Source: a virus
Reading direction: 5' to 3' (one strand)
DNA: 64,000 nt
Virus record (IMG/VR): IMGVR_UViG_3300009105_000002
Location: 31,320-95,319 of that record
Part shown: piece by piece, positions 1-10,330 of the stretch
Numbering within the stretch: the stretch's first letter is position 1
How the letters are laid out: every line of letters starts with the position of its first letter
Position numbers and translations under genes: made by a program
Notes under the pieces: generated by a model
Seen by the model: the letters and a program-made list of their open reading frames with translations, nothing else
Database searches by the model: none
Told to the model about the DNA's origin: nothing

Positions 1-483
1 CAGCAGAAATCTTTTGATAATATGAAGCGAGTTTTAGCCGGGGCCGCTCAGGAAAGTAAGGCGGCAGCGGTTGCTTTGTCAGCAATAAGAATTGGCGAAG
101 CGATTATGAATACAGCGGCAGGTGTTACATTTGCATTGGCTTCATATCCACCGCCAATAAGTTATGTGTGGGCAGCTATTACAGCAGCTATGGGCGCAAT
201 TGAAATTGCTACAATTGCATCAGTAGGTTTCGCAGAAGGGACTGATGAAATTCCTGCAAATGTATCTCCAGGAGAGATGATTGTGCCAAGGACATTTGCC
301 TCAGCTATCAGGTCAGGAGATATTACAGTTGCAGGCCCTGAGGGAAGCAATTCAGGAGGCAAGATAATTCAAGAATTAAATATTATATTTGAAGGTGATC
401 TTAAATTAGAAAATGATACAGACATAGAAGACCTTGCAGAACAGTTAGGCGATGAAATAGAACGCAATTTGAGGGTCGTATGA
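1..483 (+). CDS. Tail tape measure protein, C-terminal part (5' end outside window)
   Basis: Ala-rich helix followed by GFAEGT...PANVSPGEMIVP, typical of tape-measure C-termini; directly precedes a Dit-like gene. Confidence 0.75.
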   Translation, partial: QQKSFDNMKRVLAGAAQESKAAAVALSAIRIGEAIMNTAAGVTFALASYPPPISYVWAAITAAMGAIEIATIASVGFAEGTDEIPANVSPGEMIVPRTFASAIRSGDITVAGPEGSNSGGKIIQELNIIFEGDLKLENDTDIEDLAEQLGDEIERNLRVV

Positions 484-1220
484 TATATACATTAATGTTT
501 GGGTCTTATACATTTCCAAATCAAACCTTTGAAGTAGAAAGTTTACCTCTGGTCAATAATATTAAACAAAATACTGTACCTCGCAGGCATGGTAGTATTA
601 TTCAGGATCCATATCTTAAAGCGAGAAAGATTAAAGTAAAAGGGACTATTCATAATGCCACCCGGGCTACTGCATGGACAGAATTTATGGATATGCAGGA
701 AGCGTTATTGGCAAGCGAAGATAAATTTTATCATCGCGCAGATAGGTATGTAAATTGTTGTTGCAATAAAATAACTCCTAAATTTGCAGAAGGGACAGAT
801 AAAGGTGTTATTAATATAAATATAGATTTTATATCACAGGATCCGTTTTTTTATATGGCAGCGGCATCTTATAGCGATGTCAATAATCCTGTAGGAGTAA
901 CATTATCTTTTAATATAAATGGATTAGGTAATGTTTTTGCTGAACCTATAATTTACATATGCGCGACAGGTGGAACGATAACAGATGAGATTCAGCTTGA
1001 AAACCAGACAACAAAAGAACTCTTTGTATTTAATGGCGTAGTTAATAATGGCGTAACCTTAGAAATAGATACCAAGGATTTTACGGTAGAAAACAATGCA
1101 GTTGACGGGATAAGTGAATTTGGAGGAGATTTTTTAACTGTAGCAGCGGGTTCAAATTTATTTAGATTTGTAGGAGCTACATGCAGGGTTACAGTGGAAC
1201 ATAAATCAAGGTGGTATTGA
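480..1220 (+). CDS. Distal tail (Dit)-like protein
   Basis: 246 aa after the tape measure; VPRRHG, R.I.V.G, DPFFY and a C-terminal G.N.F pattern typical of siphovirus Dit. Confidence 0.7.
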   Translation: MIYTLMFGSYTFPNQTFEVESLPLVNNIKQNTVPRRHGSIIQDPYLKARKIKVKGTIHNATRATAWTEFMDMQEALLASEDKFYHRADRYVNCCCNKITPKFAEGTDKGVININIDFISQDPFFYMAAASYSDVNNPVGVTLSFNINGLGNVFAEPIIYICATGGTITDEIQLENQTTKELFVFNGVVNNGVTLEIDTKDFTVENNAVDGISEFGGDFLTVAAGSNLFRFVGATCRVTVEHKSRWY

Positions 1221-2329
1221 TGAGGCACAGGATAGAAATCAGAGATACGAATTTTGATATATTGGAAGTATTAGAAAAAGAAGCAACGAAAATCCAATGG
1301 GAATATAAAAGGATAGGTGGATGTGGAAATTTTTCATTTATATTACCAAGGAAATTTGATGATGTAGGATACGTTCGGGGTGATTTTAATATTCGGATTT
1401 ATAAGAGAACAGGAGCTGGGACATTTAGCCTTTGGTATCAGGGACTGATAGAAGATAGGTCGCCTGCATTGGGAGATAATGAAAAGGTGCAAGTCAGAGG
1501 ATTTGGATATTCATCACAGCTTGAAAGGATACATGTTAGTAAAACTTATACATCGGATGAAATAAGCGTCATAGTAAAAGATATCCTCGATACTTATGTT
1601 ACGCCAAATACAAATATTGCGTATGATGCAGGAGATATAGAAGCTACTTCATTTACAGCAGATAGTTTAGAATTTAAAAATGTCTCAGCAGCTAGTGCAT
1701 TTAAGACGTTAGCCGATCTTGTAGGAACAAGAGAATGGGGAGTCGGAAAAGATAGAAAATTTTTCTTTAAGGCAAGATCTACAGCAGTTAATTATAGATT
1801 CTGGTTGGGGAAAAATATCACAAAAGTAAATCAACTTGATACATTTAGACAAATAATCAATAGGATGCTTATAGAAGGCGGTGATGTTGCAGGCACAAAA
1901 TATACGAGAACTATTAACAGGGCAGCTAGTCAGGTTAAATATGGACTCAGGGAAAAGGTTATCCAAAATGCAGCCATAGTGACAAATACAGTAGCAGATC
2001 AATATGGAAGCGCGGTCCTTGATGAAAATGAGAATATGTCGCGCAGGGTGACATGTGAACAGATAGATAATGAAACTTTAATAGAGGATAGCGTTCCATT
2101 AGGAATGGCGGTTATAAAGGAAGCAGGTATAAGGTATAGTGAGAAATATTACGGAGTATTTTTGTACGCAGGAGTCATTGAATATCAAATCAATAAGATA
2201 TTGTATAAGTTAGATGACAGCGGAGGTTTATCAAAAAAATTCAGTTTAGGGAAATTGAGGCCAAGTACTACTGAGAGCTTAAAGGGAATAGAATACGAAA
2301 TTGAGCAGCTTAGAGCTGCGAGGGAGTAA
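1220..2329 (+). CDS. Baseplate hub / Tal-like tail protein
   Basis: Follows Dit; G.FSFILP, QGLIE and SQVKYGLRE motifs typical of gp27-like hubs; ATG overlaps the upstream TGA. Confidence 0.65.
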   Translation: MRHRIEIRDTNFDILEVLEKEATKIQWEYKRIGGCGNFSFILPRKFDDVGYVRGDFNIRIYKRTGAGTFSLWYQGLIEDRSPALGDNEKVQVRGFGYSSQLERIHVSKTYTSDEISVIVKDILDTYVTPNTNIAYDAGDIEATSFTADSLEFKNVSAASAFKTLADLVGTREWGVGKDRKFFFKARSTAVNYRFWLGKNITKVNQLDTFRQIINRMLIEGGDVAGTKYTRTINRAASQVKYGLREKVIQNAAIVTNTVADQYGSAVLDENENMSRRVTCEQIDNETLIEDSVPLGMAVIKEAGIRYSEKYYGVFLYAGVIEYQINKILYKLDDSGGLSKKFSLGKLRPSTTESLKGIEYEIEQLRAARE

Positions 2330-2330
2330 A

Positions 2331-2564
2331 ATGGAAAATCCATATCAGCCTTTAAAAGTAGAAGATGTTGAGGAAAAGATAAAACTTAATGCAAAAAAAG
2401 GAATAAAAATAAGAAAGTTACGGGATTTATTATATGAAGAATTATTTAAAGCAGAGAGAACGCTTTTGAAAATTCAAGCATCACTGCATTCGATAGAAAT
2501 ACAAAATCAGAATTTACGGGAACAGATTAAAATTATAGAAAGGAAGATAAATCATGGCAGCTGA
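2331..2564 (+). CDS. Small coiled-coil hypothetical protein
   Basis: ATG after GGGAG; heptad pattern. Confidence 0.5.
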   Translation: MENPYQPLKVEDVEEKIKLNAKKGIKIRKLRDLLYEELFKAERTLLKIQASLHSIEIQNQNLREQIKIIERKINHGS

Positions 2565-3276
2565 TTATCCTGGAAGTATAAAAACATTTACAACGAAGAC
2601 TGACAAAGTTGACCTTGTAATGGCAGCTCATGTAAACGATATCCAAGCAGAAGTCGTAGCCATAGAAACAGAGTTAGGCGCGGATGTCGCAGGCAGCGCA
2701 ACGGATTTAGTTACTAGGCTTGCCATTTCACTGGCAGATAGCGGAGCTTTGGCGCAGGGGACAAGTATGCCTGGAACTCCAGTTATAGGCCAGCCGTTTT
2801 ATCGAACAGATGAGGATATTTTTTATATATATGATGGCGCAGCGTGGGATGCCATAGGTATGCCTACGGCAACCGCAGGTGATATATTATATGCTTCTGC
2901 GGAAAATACGTGGTCAAAACTTACTAAAGGAACTTCTGGACAATTTCTTAAAATAGGAGCAACAATTCCCGCATGGGCTCATCTAATTGCTAAAGGAACA
3001 TATACAGGCGACGGAAATGCCACTAAAGCAATAACAGGCGTGGGATTTCAACCTACTGCTCTTATTGTATGGGGTAGAACTGGAGCTGCGTTTGATATGG
3101 GTATAAAAACTTCTGATGACATAGGATTAAGTTCTGCGATAGTAGGTGCTGCAATAAGTGATGACCAGATTCGATCTCTTGACGCAGATGGATTTACAGT
3201 TGGAGATGGGACAGATGATGCTAATAGATTAAATATTAACGCTGAGTCATATAACTATATTGCTTTAAATATATAA
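2554..3276 (+). CDS. Tail fibre / receptor-binding protein
   Basis: N-terminal A.HVNDIQ.EV.AIE shoulder, GDILYA fibre repeat, C-terminal GTYTGDG...GFQPT domain. Confidence 0.65.
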   Translation: MAADYPGSIKTFTTKTDKVDLVMAAHVNDIQAEVVAIETELGADVAGSATDLVTRLAISLADSGALAQGTSMPGTPVIGQPFYRTDEDIFYIYDGAAWDAIGMPTATAGDILYASAENTWSKLTKGTSGQFLKIGATIPAWAHLIAKGTYTGDGNATKAITGVGFQPTALIVWGRTGAAFDMGIKTSDDIGLSSAIVGAAISDDQIRSLDADGFTVGDGTDDANRLNINAESYNYIALNI

Positions 3277-3301
3277 AATGAACAAACAAAGGGAGGGTAT
3301 C

Positions 3302-4552
3302 ATGAACAAGTTATTAGTATTGATTTTTGCAGCTTTGTTAATGGTTCCGGGCATTGCAGGAGCATCGGATAATGCCAGAGACATCGGAAATACTGGGTAT
3401 ATAGATACTGCTGTTGTGATAGCTGACGTAACGACCGCTAATACGGCCGCAGTCAATACGAGCAATCAGTTAGAAGTAAAGTCCAATGTAGATGATGAAG
3501 CAGATAGTACTTACTACCAAGATGATGCAGATTGGACAGATAATACCTCAGATCATCAGTTGATAGGTGGCATATATCAAGGCACGCCTCATTCTATTAC
3601 TGATGGGGATACCGGGCCGATATCTTTGACAGCAAATGGATTTGTAAAGGTTAGTGATGGTGGGACAGATTTAAACGTGGAAGTTACAGAAACTTCTTTT
3701 GACGCTACACAAGCAACGCATGACAGCTTAAATTGTAATGCTAATATTCAGCAGGGTGATGCTGATATTGCTTCTGATAATGAATTATATGTAAGGGGTT
3801 CTGGAACAGCCGGCACTGCTGATGAAGCAGTCCTTACAATTCAGGGAATAACTTCCATGACACCGGTGATTGTAACTGGTGACTCGGCAGGTTCTTTAAC
3901 AGTAGATCAAGCGACTGCTACCAATTTAAAGGTACAGATTTTTGGTGATGATATAACCTCTGCTATAAATACTGATGCAACAGGAGATCTACAAATCGAC
4001 GTGGCCACTATTGCCGCAGGGGATAATAATATAGGAAATGTCGATATAGTGACTCTACCCTCTGGCAATTTAGGCCAACAGGCAATGGCCGCATCACTAT
4101 CAATTGTACCTGCGAGTGATATTACTGATACAACATATATAGGTGATATAAAATTCGGAGAAGCATTGCCTGCAGGTTCAAGCAATATAGGCGATGTAGA
4201 TGTTCTTACGCAAGGCATGGCGCTTGCAAGAAAGGAATCTACGCAGGATTTAAATGTCGGGGCATTAAGCTATACGACGAACTTTGCAGCTAAAACGAGA
4301 GTAAAACAGATATTATTTACTGCATCGGGATCGATAACTCAAACAGTTACCTTTACATTTGATAGCACAACAGGCGCAACTTATGACACGGTGATTGCAA
4401 GTGAGGATTTAGTAAGTGAAACAAATTATACATACATTCCCTCAGGAGAACTAATATTGGCGAGCGGCGATGAGATTCTTATTGCATGTACTAATTCAGG
4501 GACACCTGCGGTTAATGCTTATGTAACGGTCATAGGAGAAACTTTAAATTAA
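3302..4552 (+). CDS. Signal-peptide-bearing beta-rich fibre/adhesin-like protein
   Basis: RBS GGGAGG; MNKLLVLIFAALLMVPGIAGA signal peptide; N.IG.VD repeats; Thr/Asp-rich. Confidence 0.55.
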   Translation: MNKLLVLIFAALLMVPGIAGASDNARDIGNTGYIDTAVVIADVTTANTAAVNTSNQLEVKSNVDDEADSTYYQDDADWTDNTSDHQLIGGIYQGTPHSITDGDTGPISLTANGFVKVSDGGTDLNVEVTETSFDATQATHDSLNCNANIQQGDADIASDNELYVRGSGTAGTADEAVLTIQGITSMTPVIVTGDSAGSLTVDQATATNLKVQIFGDDITSAINTDATGDLQIDVATIAAGDNNIGNVDIVTLPSGNLGQQAMAASLSIVPASDITDTTYIGDIKFGEALPAGSSNIGDVDVLTQGMALARKESTQDLNVGALSYTTNFAAKTRVKQILFTASGSITQTVTFTFDSTTGATYDTVIASEDLVSETNYTYIPSGELILASGDEILIACTNSGTPAVNAYVTVIGETLN

Positions 4553-4586
4553 CGAAAAAAGAAAACAGATTAAAAGGAGGACAGAC

Positions 4587-6290
4587 ATGAAAAGTAAAAT
4601 TTTGATATTGCTCTTGGCATTGGCATTTGTTGCATCTAGTTCATTTGCTGATGAGAAAAGAGTTGACGGGAAAAAGGTAGAGACCTTCAAGCGTATCACA
4701 GTAGATACTATTAGAGGGGACTCTACAAATGGTTTATATATTGATTCGGATAGGGATGGGGTGACCGAGGCAACAGTTACGGCTTCAGGAGACATAACTG
4801 CAACAAGTTCTTTTATTATTGGCTCGGCTGATATAAATGAAACTGATTTAGAAAAACTTGATGGTATAACTAATGGAACAGCAGTAGCCAATAAAGCCTT
4901 GGTGACCGATGTAAATATTGACATAGATTTAGGTACTGGTGATATGGATGTTACTAATTTAGTCGCAGATGGGACATCAAATCTTATTGGTGCAGTTACC
5001 ATAGGAACTGCTACATCAGCCGCAGGCAATCTTTCAATGTATGACGCAGGGACTCTTACTCTTTATGAGGATGGTGATAATTTTAATGTTACCTTGCAAT
5101 GTAATTCAGGGGAGGCAGTAGGAACACTTACTGGAGGCTTAGATGTTTCAGGTGTAATAACTTCAACGTCTCCCGTATTTACCACGCCTAATTTGGGAAC
5201 GCCATCGGCCTTAGTAGGAACAAATATATCAGGAACAGCGGCAAATCTGACAGCAGGCTCAGTAACAAATGCCACCTTAACGACTGCTCTTACTGTAGAT
5301 ACAGGCACGGTTACATTAACTGGTAACGTAGCAAATAGTTCTGTTTTAACTATTGGTGCCGGGGCAGTATCAGTATCAGGAAGTAATACCGGTGACAATT
5401 CAGGAACAGATGATCAGACTTTAGCTGAAGTATTAGCGAGTGGCGCTGACGGGAACGATGTAGATATAACTTCACTCGGTAAATTAGAGTTCTTTGACGC
5501 AGGATTATATTTAGACGCTGACGCTGACGGGGTAATGAATATAACCTCGGATAATACACTTGAATTACATTCTGCTGACTGGGATATATCTACAACTGGT
5601 GCGATTACTAATGCCGCAATAGATGCAGACAATAATACTGTTACCAATATAGTTATAGGTGCGGAATGCACAGGAGCTTCTACTTCATTAACTGACACAG
5701 CAGATATTTTTTATGACGCTGAATTGACAGCGGCAGCAGTAGAGGCAGCACTTACAAATGACGCGATAGATTTTGGAACAGGCGTTGTAACAGCTGCTGG
5801 ATTTACTCTTGCTGCCAATGAAAATATTACTCTTGGTGCTCAGACATTAGACCATGACGGAACTGATTTTGTATTCAATGACAGCGTAAATGCTGGGGCA
5901 AATGCTATCAAATCAACCGTCAATATGCCTGGAGTGCCTCATCATTTAATCTTCAACGTGGCTAATCCCAATGTCAGGGCTACAGCGGATACCCAAATAT
6001 GTATCTGGCCATTAACGCCTGCGGCATTTAATATAGATAAAATAGAAGTAACGCTTGACGCTGCCGGAAATGAAGTAGCGGGGGATTTAAAGTATGCGGA
6101 CACTTTTATAGGCTTGGCAAATCCAGTATTAATAGAAACTTTTGACACTACAAACGGTGTCCGTAGTGATAGCTCTATGTCTGGGACTGCTGATGTTCCT
6201 GCATCAAAGTGTCTATACATACAATTTGACTCTGTTCCTAATGCGGCTATTTTGCAAATGTCGGTAGACATAACTTTTAATTACGATTAA
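4587..6290 (+). CDS. Signal-peptide-bearing long fibre/adhesin-like protein
   Basis: RBS AGGAGG; MKSKILILLLALAFVASSSFA signal peptide; SP.FTTPNLGTPS fibre motif; Thr/Gly/Asp-rich. Confidence 0.55.
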   Translation: MKSKILILLLALAFVASSSFADEKRVDGKKVETFKRITVDTIRGDSTNGLYIDSDRDGVTEATVTASGDITATSSFIIGSADINETDLEKLDGITNGTAVANKALVTDVNIDIDLGTGDMDVTNLVADGTSNLIGAVTIGTATSAAGNLSMYDAGTLTLYEDGDNFNVTLQCNSGEAVGTLTGGLDVSGVITSTSPVFTTPNLGTPSALVGTNISGTAANLTAGSVTNATLTTALTVDTGTVTLTGNVANSSVLTIGAGAVSVSGSNTGDNSGTDDQTLAEVLASGADGNDVDITSLGKLEFFDAGLYLDADADGVMNITSDNTLELHSADWDISTTGAITNAAIDADNNTVTNIVIGAECTGASTSLTDTADIFYDAELTAAAVEAALTNDAIDFGTGVVTAAGFTLAANENITLGAQTLDHDGTDFVFNDSVNAGANAIKSTVNMPGVPHHLIFNVANPNVRATADTQICIWPLTPAAFNIDKIEVTLDAAGNEVAGDLKYADTFIGLANPVLIETFDTTNGVRSDSSMSGTADVPASKCLYIQFDSVPNAAILQMSVDITFNYD

Positions 6291-6349
6291 ACAAGTTGGA
6301 TTGAACGACTGAAATTTTTTAAGTTAACGACAAGACAAGGGGATCTCAA

Positions 6350-7213
6350 ATGAAAATACTTAAAATTGCATTAGGACTTTTGTTATTGTTTTCGACATCG
6401 GTCTATGCTTTTACCCCGCCTACAGAAGAATACACTTCTGACGAGTATACTAGACTGCTGCTTCATATGAATAATGACGCGTGGGCTGATGACGGGGAAA
6501 CTGGGCATACCCCAACAGCGGAAGGTGACCCCGCATTTGACGCCGTCAATAAGAAGTTTGGTTCTCATTCAGGAGAGTTTGACGGGAATGACTACATAAC
6601 TTATCCAGATCACGCTGATTGGTATTATGCAACAGGTCTTCTCACCATAGATTATTGGATAAGATTCGCAACCGACCCTACAGCATTATCTACGACATTG
6701 ATGTATGAGCAGTATGAAGATGGTTCTAATTATGCTCAAATAGCAATTGATGGTAGTGGAAAATTATACCTTTATTACTTTGAGGGAGCAGCTTCTACTG
6801 CTGTGGCTTTTAATACTTCGAGCGCAGTCTTTTTAGCTGCCGACACTTGGTATCACGTCGCAGTAGTTAGATATGGGACAGGCGAAAACAATATGTATGT
6901 GTTTATAGATGGCGATTCAAAATCTTTATCTTGGGCTGCGACCTTAGCAGCAAATGAGGAACTCGGGGATATAGCAGCTCTCATAGCTATTGGCGCGGAA
7001 AACGGCGGGACAAAGGGGTTAAATGGATTGCTTGATGAATACAGGATAAGCAAGGGCATCGCAAGGGATTGGATCCCTCCTGACATAGGAAATGTGATGA
7101 TGATACAATGTGTTAAAAATTACATCAATAATTTAAACCCCGATAAGATAGGCACTCCAATGTGGAGCTGTAAGATAAAGTTAATGTGTTGGTGGAAAAA
7201 TTTGAAAGGATGA
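6350..7213 (+). CDS. Signal-peptide-bearing LamG/ConA-like lectin-domain protein
   Basis: TIDYW, W.HVAVVR and G.LDEYRISKG LamG motifs; signal peptide ending SVYA. Confidence 0.8.
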   Translation: MKILKIALGLLLLFSTSVYAFTPPTEEYTSDEYTRLLLHMNNDAWADDGETGHTPTAEGDPAFDAVNKKFGSHSGEFDGNDYITYPDHADWYYATGLLTIDYWIRFATDPTALSTTLMYEQYEDGSNYAQIAIDGSGKLYLYYFEGAASTAVAFNTSSAVFLAADTWYHVAVVRYGTGENNMYVFIDGDSKSLSWAATLAANEELGDIAALIAIGAENGGTKGLNGLLDEYRISKGIARDWIPPDIGNVMMIQCVKNYINNLNPDKIGTPMWSCKIKLMCWWKNLKG

Positions 7214-7512
7214 TCATGCCTCCAGAACAGGTTTGTAATAAACATGACGAAACCATGACGCGTTTATTCTCAAAGATAGAAGAGAATGAAAAAGCCCAAG
7301 CAATATTTGTAGCTGAAGTAAAAGGATATATTCAGAACACAAATTCCTTTATACAAAAAGCGGACAAGGTTTTATTCGGAGACGAAAGAGGCAATGGGAT
7401 CATTACTCAGCTTAAGGTTTTATTGAAACATGTAAGTATTCAATGGACCTTAATTATTATCATATTAGGCGGTATAGTAGGAATAGGAATTAAAATGGTG
7501 TGGGGTGGATAA
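7210..7512 (+). CDS. Holin/antiholin-like protein (coiled coil plus C-terminal TM helix)
   Basis: Position after the fibre genes; single C-terminal TM helix. Confidence 0.45.
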   Translation: MIMPPEQVCNKHDETMTRLFSKIEENEKAQAIFVAEVKGYIQNTNSFIQKADKVLFGDERGNGIITQLKVLLKHVSIQWTLIIIILGGIVGIGIKMVWGG

Positions 7513-7769
7513 TGATGAATGTTTGGACATTTCTTTCAATAGTAGTTCTAGCGATTGTCGCATTAGAAATAATCAAAATCAAACCTGAACCGCCTTTCGA
7601 TCAACTTCTCAAACCCCGATCACTCTACGCTGGGATGATCTATTTGACATTCTGTTATCTTGCAGTTGTGGGAAAGATAGAAGCCCGTTTTGTAGTGGAA
7701 ATAGTAATGTTATTAATGGCATTTTATTTCGGCTTTAAGGCCGGACAAAAAACAGGAGGTGTAAAATGA
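7512..7769 (+). CDS. Putative holin (3 TM)
   Basis: Three hydrophobic helices, FYFG motif, basic C-terminus. Confidence 0.55.
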   Translation: MMNVWTFLSIVVLAIVALEIIKIKPEPPFDQLLKPRSLYAGMIYLTFCYLAVVGKIEARFVVEIVMLLMAFYFGFKAGQKTGGVK

Positions 7770-8167
7770 AAGCATTATGTATTGTGATGGTTTCAATCAT
7801 GGTGTTGTGTGGTAGTGCTTTGGCAGAAGATTTATCAATTGAAGATTCATTAAAGAAATTACCTGCTCTTAAGCAAGGCATTGCATATTCTTTAATGGAA
7901 CACGATATCCATTATCTTAGCACTCTGGAATTAATCAACTGGAAAGGTATAGCTTTTGAGGCCGGATATTCTTCAAAGGATAAGGTTGTAGGAGTTATAA
8001 GTTATGAACTTCTAAAACTTAAGGATCTCGGGGTAACAGTACCAGTATTAGATCTTATCGAATGCAGGGTAGGCACTTATGCAGGCTGGGGTAGGCTTGG
8101 CGTAACAAAGGGCAATAATGAGTATGATTATGGACTTTCGGCTACCCTTATAAATATTAAGTTTTAA
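7766..8167 (+). CDS. Exported small beta-rich protein, possibly outer-membrane
   Basis: Signal peptide ending SALA; alternating beta pattern; ends in Phe (LINIKF). Confidence 0.45.
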   Translation: MKALCIVMVSIMVLCGSALAEDLSIEDSLKKLPALKQGIAYSLMEHDIHYLSTLELINWKGIAFEAGYSSKDKVVGVISYELLKLKDLGVTVPVLDLIECRVGTYAGWGRLGVTKGNNEYDYGLSATLINIKF

Positions 8168-8218
8168 AGGGTTTTAAGGGGCGTATTTTAATGATCTATG
8201 GTCCGGAGGTGATAAGAT

Positions 8219-8431
8219 ATGGCAGGATGGGGTTCTTTTTTAGGCGGTTTAATGGAAAAACTGCCTATCCAAGGCAGGGTAGAGCGGTGGAAAAATAAAC
8301 TTGAGAATCTGGAAAAGAAGAGAAAGGAGCTACTTAAAAGTGAATGGACTCCTGAAAAAGGTAAAATGCTCGATCGTATTGATCGCGATATTGACAAGCT
8401 CAATCAGCTGCTCAAGAACAAGGCCAATTGA
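8219..8431 (+). CDS. Putative i-spanin-like coiled-coil protein
   Basis: RBS GGAGGT; short hydrophobic N-terminus then coiled coil; overlapped by a lipoprotein ORF. Confidence 0.4.
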   Translation: MAGWGSFLGGLMEKLPIQGRVERWKNKLENLEKKRKELLKSEWTPEKGKMLDRIDRDIDKLNQLLKNKAN

Positions 8432-8540
8432 TACGGAACCTATAAGGTCTATGTGGGGTAGCAAAGAGCAAGTAATAGAGTTTTTACAGAGCCCGCAAGC
8501 TCAGGCAGAGAGATGGCTTGTGCAGGCATTGGGGGATTAA
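8340..8540 (+). CDS. Putative o-spanin-like lipoprotein (overlapping frame)
   Basis: GTG start; KKVK-CSIVLIAILTSSIS-C lipoprotein-type signal overlapping the 3' part of the previous gene. Confidence 0.4.
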   Translation: MNGLLKKVKCSIVLIAILTSSISCSRTRPIDTEPIRSMWGSKEQVIEFLQSPQAQAERWLVQALGD

Positions 8541-8541
8541 G

Positions 8542-9015
8542 ATGAGCGAATATGACATTATTTGGCTGGCAAGCGGATCTGGAATAGGTCTTGTTATTGC
8601 TTCTACGCTTTACTCTATTGGAGGTCGGGCAAAGAAGATAATACGACGATTAGGTGGAGCTCTTGTTTTAGCATTGACCGTTAATATAATCTCTGGATTT
8701 AAAGGTATATGGACAGGGCAATTGCTTTTAATACTACCTTTATTATTCGCGGGATTTAGCATGGGATATGGTGCAGATTTTGTCCCAATGAAAATATTAA
8801 GACGCACTCTTTATATGCTCGGGGTATGTGCTTCTGGTGCTATATTTATCTGGGCATTCGGTGGCAATGCTTGGTGGGTTTTCATTCCACACATTGGGAT
8901 AGGAGCTTGGTCGATTTATTTAGGGGTTAGAAATCCTATCGATGCAGCTGCAGAGGAATTTTTTATCAGCATGCTCTTGAATCTAGGACTTTGTATGTAC
9001 CCGTTTATTGCCTAG
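8542..9015 (+). CDS. Multi-pass membrane protein
   Basis: About five hydrophobic helices; K..RR.G and GYG motifs shared with 22439-22915. Confidence 0.6.
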   Translation: MSEYDIIWLASGSGIGLVIASTLYSIGGRAKKIIRRLGGALVLALTVNIISGFKGIWTGQLLLILPLLFAGFSMGYGADFVPMKILRRTLYMLGVCASGAIFIWAFGGNAWWVFIPHIGIGAWSIYLGVRNPIDAAAEEFFISMLLNLGLCMYPFIA

Positions 9016-9717
9016 CTTGATTAAAATCTTCTGGTATATATTTTTTATAGCTTCAGGTGATGAAGGGCTGACTCCACAATAATGCTTCTTGCTTCCAGGA
9101 GAAGTGCTTATACCGATTGTTAAATGCCTACCGTATACCTCAATATATTCCCAATCAGAATCTATGTTAGGATTAACCGTTTCAGGAAAGACATCAAGAA
9201 CCTGGAACATTAGATCTATGTTTAAAGCTGGACAAAATCTAAATCGGTGAGTATTTGCTTTAAGGTAATGCCCTATTTTTTTCTTATCAAATATAAATGT
9301 CCCGTCAACATCAAATTGTCCGTAATGAAGCCACTCTGTATCATTGCTTAAAGGCATCATAGTTTGAAGGCATCCCCAGGGATTAAAGGCCGGATATTGC
9401 CTTGAATCTCCTGTGCAATACTCAATAGGATCGTAGGCCTGCTGCCTCAGCCTATAACACCAATTATAATGAAAAACTTCAGGCCAAGGCATTTCTTGGT
9501 TATCTACATATACGCGCTTATTCCTGACATTTTTAAAGCATTCTATTAATTTGTGCAGGGCTTTAAATTCTCTTCTTTTATAACTAACAGTATACACTGA
9601 AGCCTTGCCTGAATCTATTTGCTTAAAGGAAAGTTGTGTCTGGGCTTCTTCAAGGGCAAATTTAAAGGCAGGGGAGAAGGAGTGGTGAAATTCTATAGTT
9701 ATGGTTCGGTATGACAT
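8983..9717 (-). CDS. Hypothetical moron protein with spaced cysteines
   Basis: 244-aa ORF opposite to the late operon; no recognised family. Confidence 0.55.
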   Translation of the reverse strand: MSYRTITIEFHHSFSPAFKFALEEAQTQLSFKQIDSGKASVYTVSYKRREFKALHKLIECFKNVRNKRVYVDNQEMPWPEVFHYNWCYRLRQQAYDPIEYCTGDSRQYPAFNPWGCLQTMMPLSNDTEWLHYGQFDVDGTFIFDKKKIGHYLKANTHRFRFCPALNIDLMFQVLDVFPETVNPNIDSDWEYIEVYGRHLTIGISTSPGSKKHYCGVSPSSPEAIKNIYQKILIKLGNKRVHTKS

Positions 9718-9723
9718 GAAGAA

Positions 9724-10167
9724 CTACGGAGACGGCTTAAGATTTACGCTTACTAATTTCCATTCGCCATTGCCATGGTATTCCATTATGACGCTATAAC
9801 GATTTCTTATTAAAGCTCCAAAAGCATTTTGCGCATCCACATAAGAAGTAACTTTGTATCTATTGCCTGTATTAATTACTTTATGAACATCAGAACCCCA
9901 GGGAAACTTTGCAGTTTTAGGAGCCAAGAGCTCTTTGAGTACAAATTCATGAGCCACTGTATAGGCTTCTATCTTATCTGGAACATCTACTTTAACTTGT
10001 TGTATTTGTTGTTTTTTAAGACGGGTTTTTGATTTGATTTCTGGCGTTATCAACGATAAAAAGAATGCAGTTATACCTATCAAAAAGGGGATCCCTAAAA
10101 ATATTATCCCTAAAGCCATTATAGGAGTAGACACAACTTTTCTCTTATTCTTGATTTGTTCAGCCAT
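9724..10167 (-). CDS. Membrane-anchored moron protein (L.AP.TAKF...VDAQNAFGA type)
   Basis: RBS AAGGAGG; N-terminal TM helix; motif common in prophage accessory proteins. Confidence 0.6.
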   Translation of the reverse strand: MAEQIKNKRKVVSTPIMALGIIFLGIPFLIGITAFFLSLITPEIKSKTRLKKQQIQQVKVDVPDKIEAYTVAHEFVLKELLAPKTAKFPWGSDVHKVINTGNRYKVTSYVDAQNAFGALIRNRYSVIMEYHGNGEWKLVSVNLKPSP

Positions 10168-10267
10168 AGTTAAGATTTCCTCCTTATGAAGACTGGAATT
10201 GCTTTCCAATGGTAAGTTAATTATATCATACGAATGGCCCCTTTGTAAAGAAATTAAAAAATAATTC

Positions 10268-10297
10268 TTGACAGAACTGTTATACTTGTATTATACT
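10268..10297 (+). promoter_or_regulatory. Sigma70-like promoter TTGACA-18-TATACT
   Basis: TTGACA 10268-10273, TATACT 10292-10297, upstream of the RHH ORF. Confidence 0.55.
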
Positions 10298-10330
10298 ATA
10301 GTAAACAATTAACGTGAGAAGGAGGTACTT

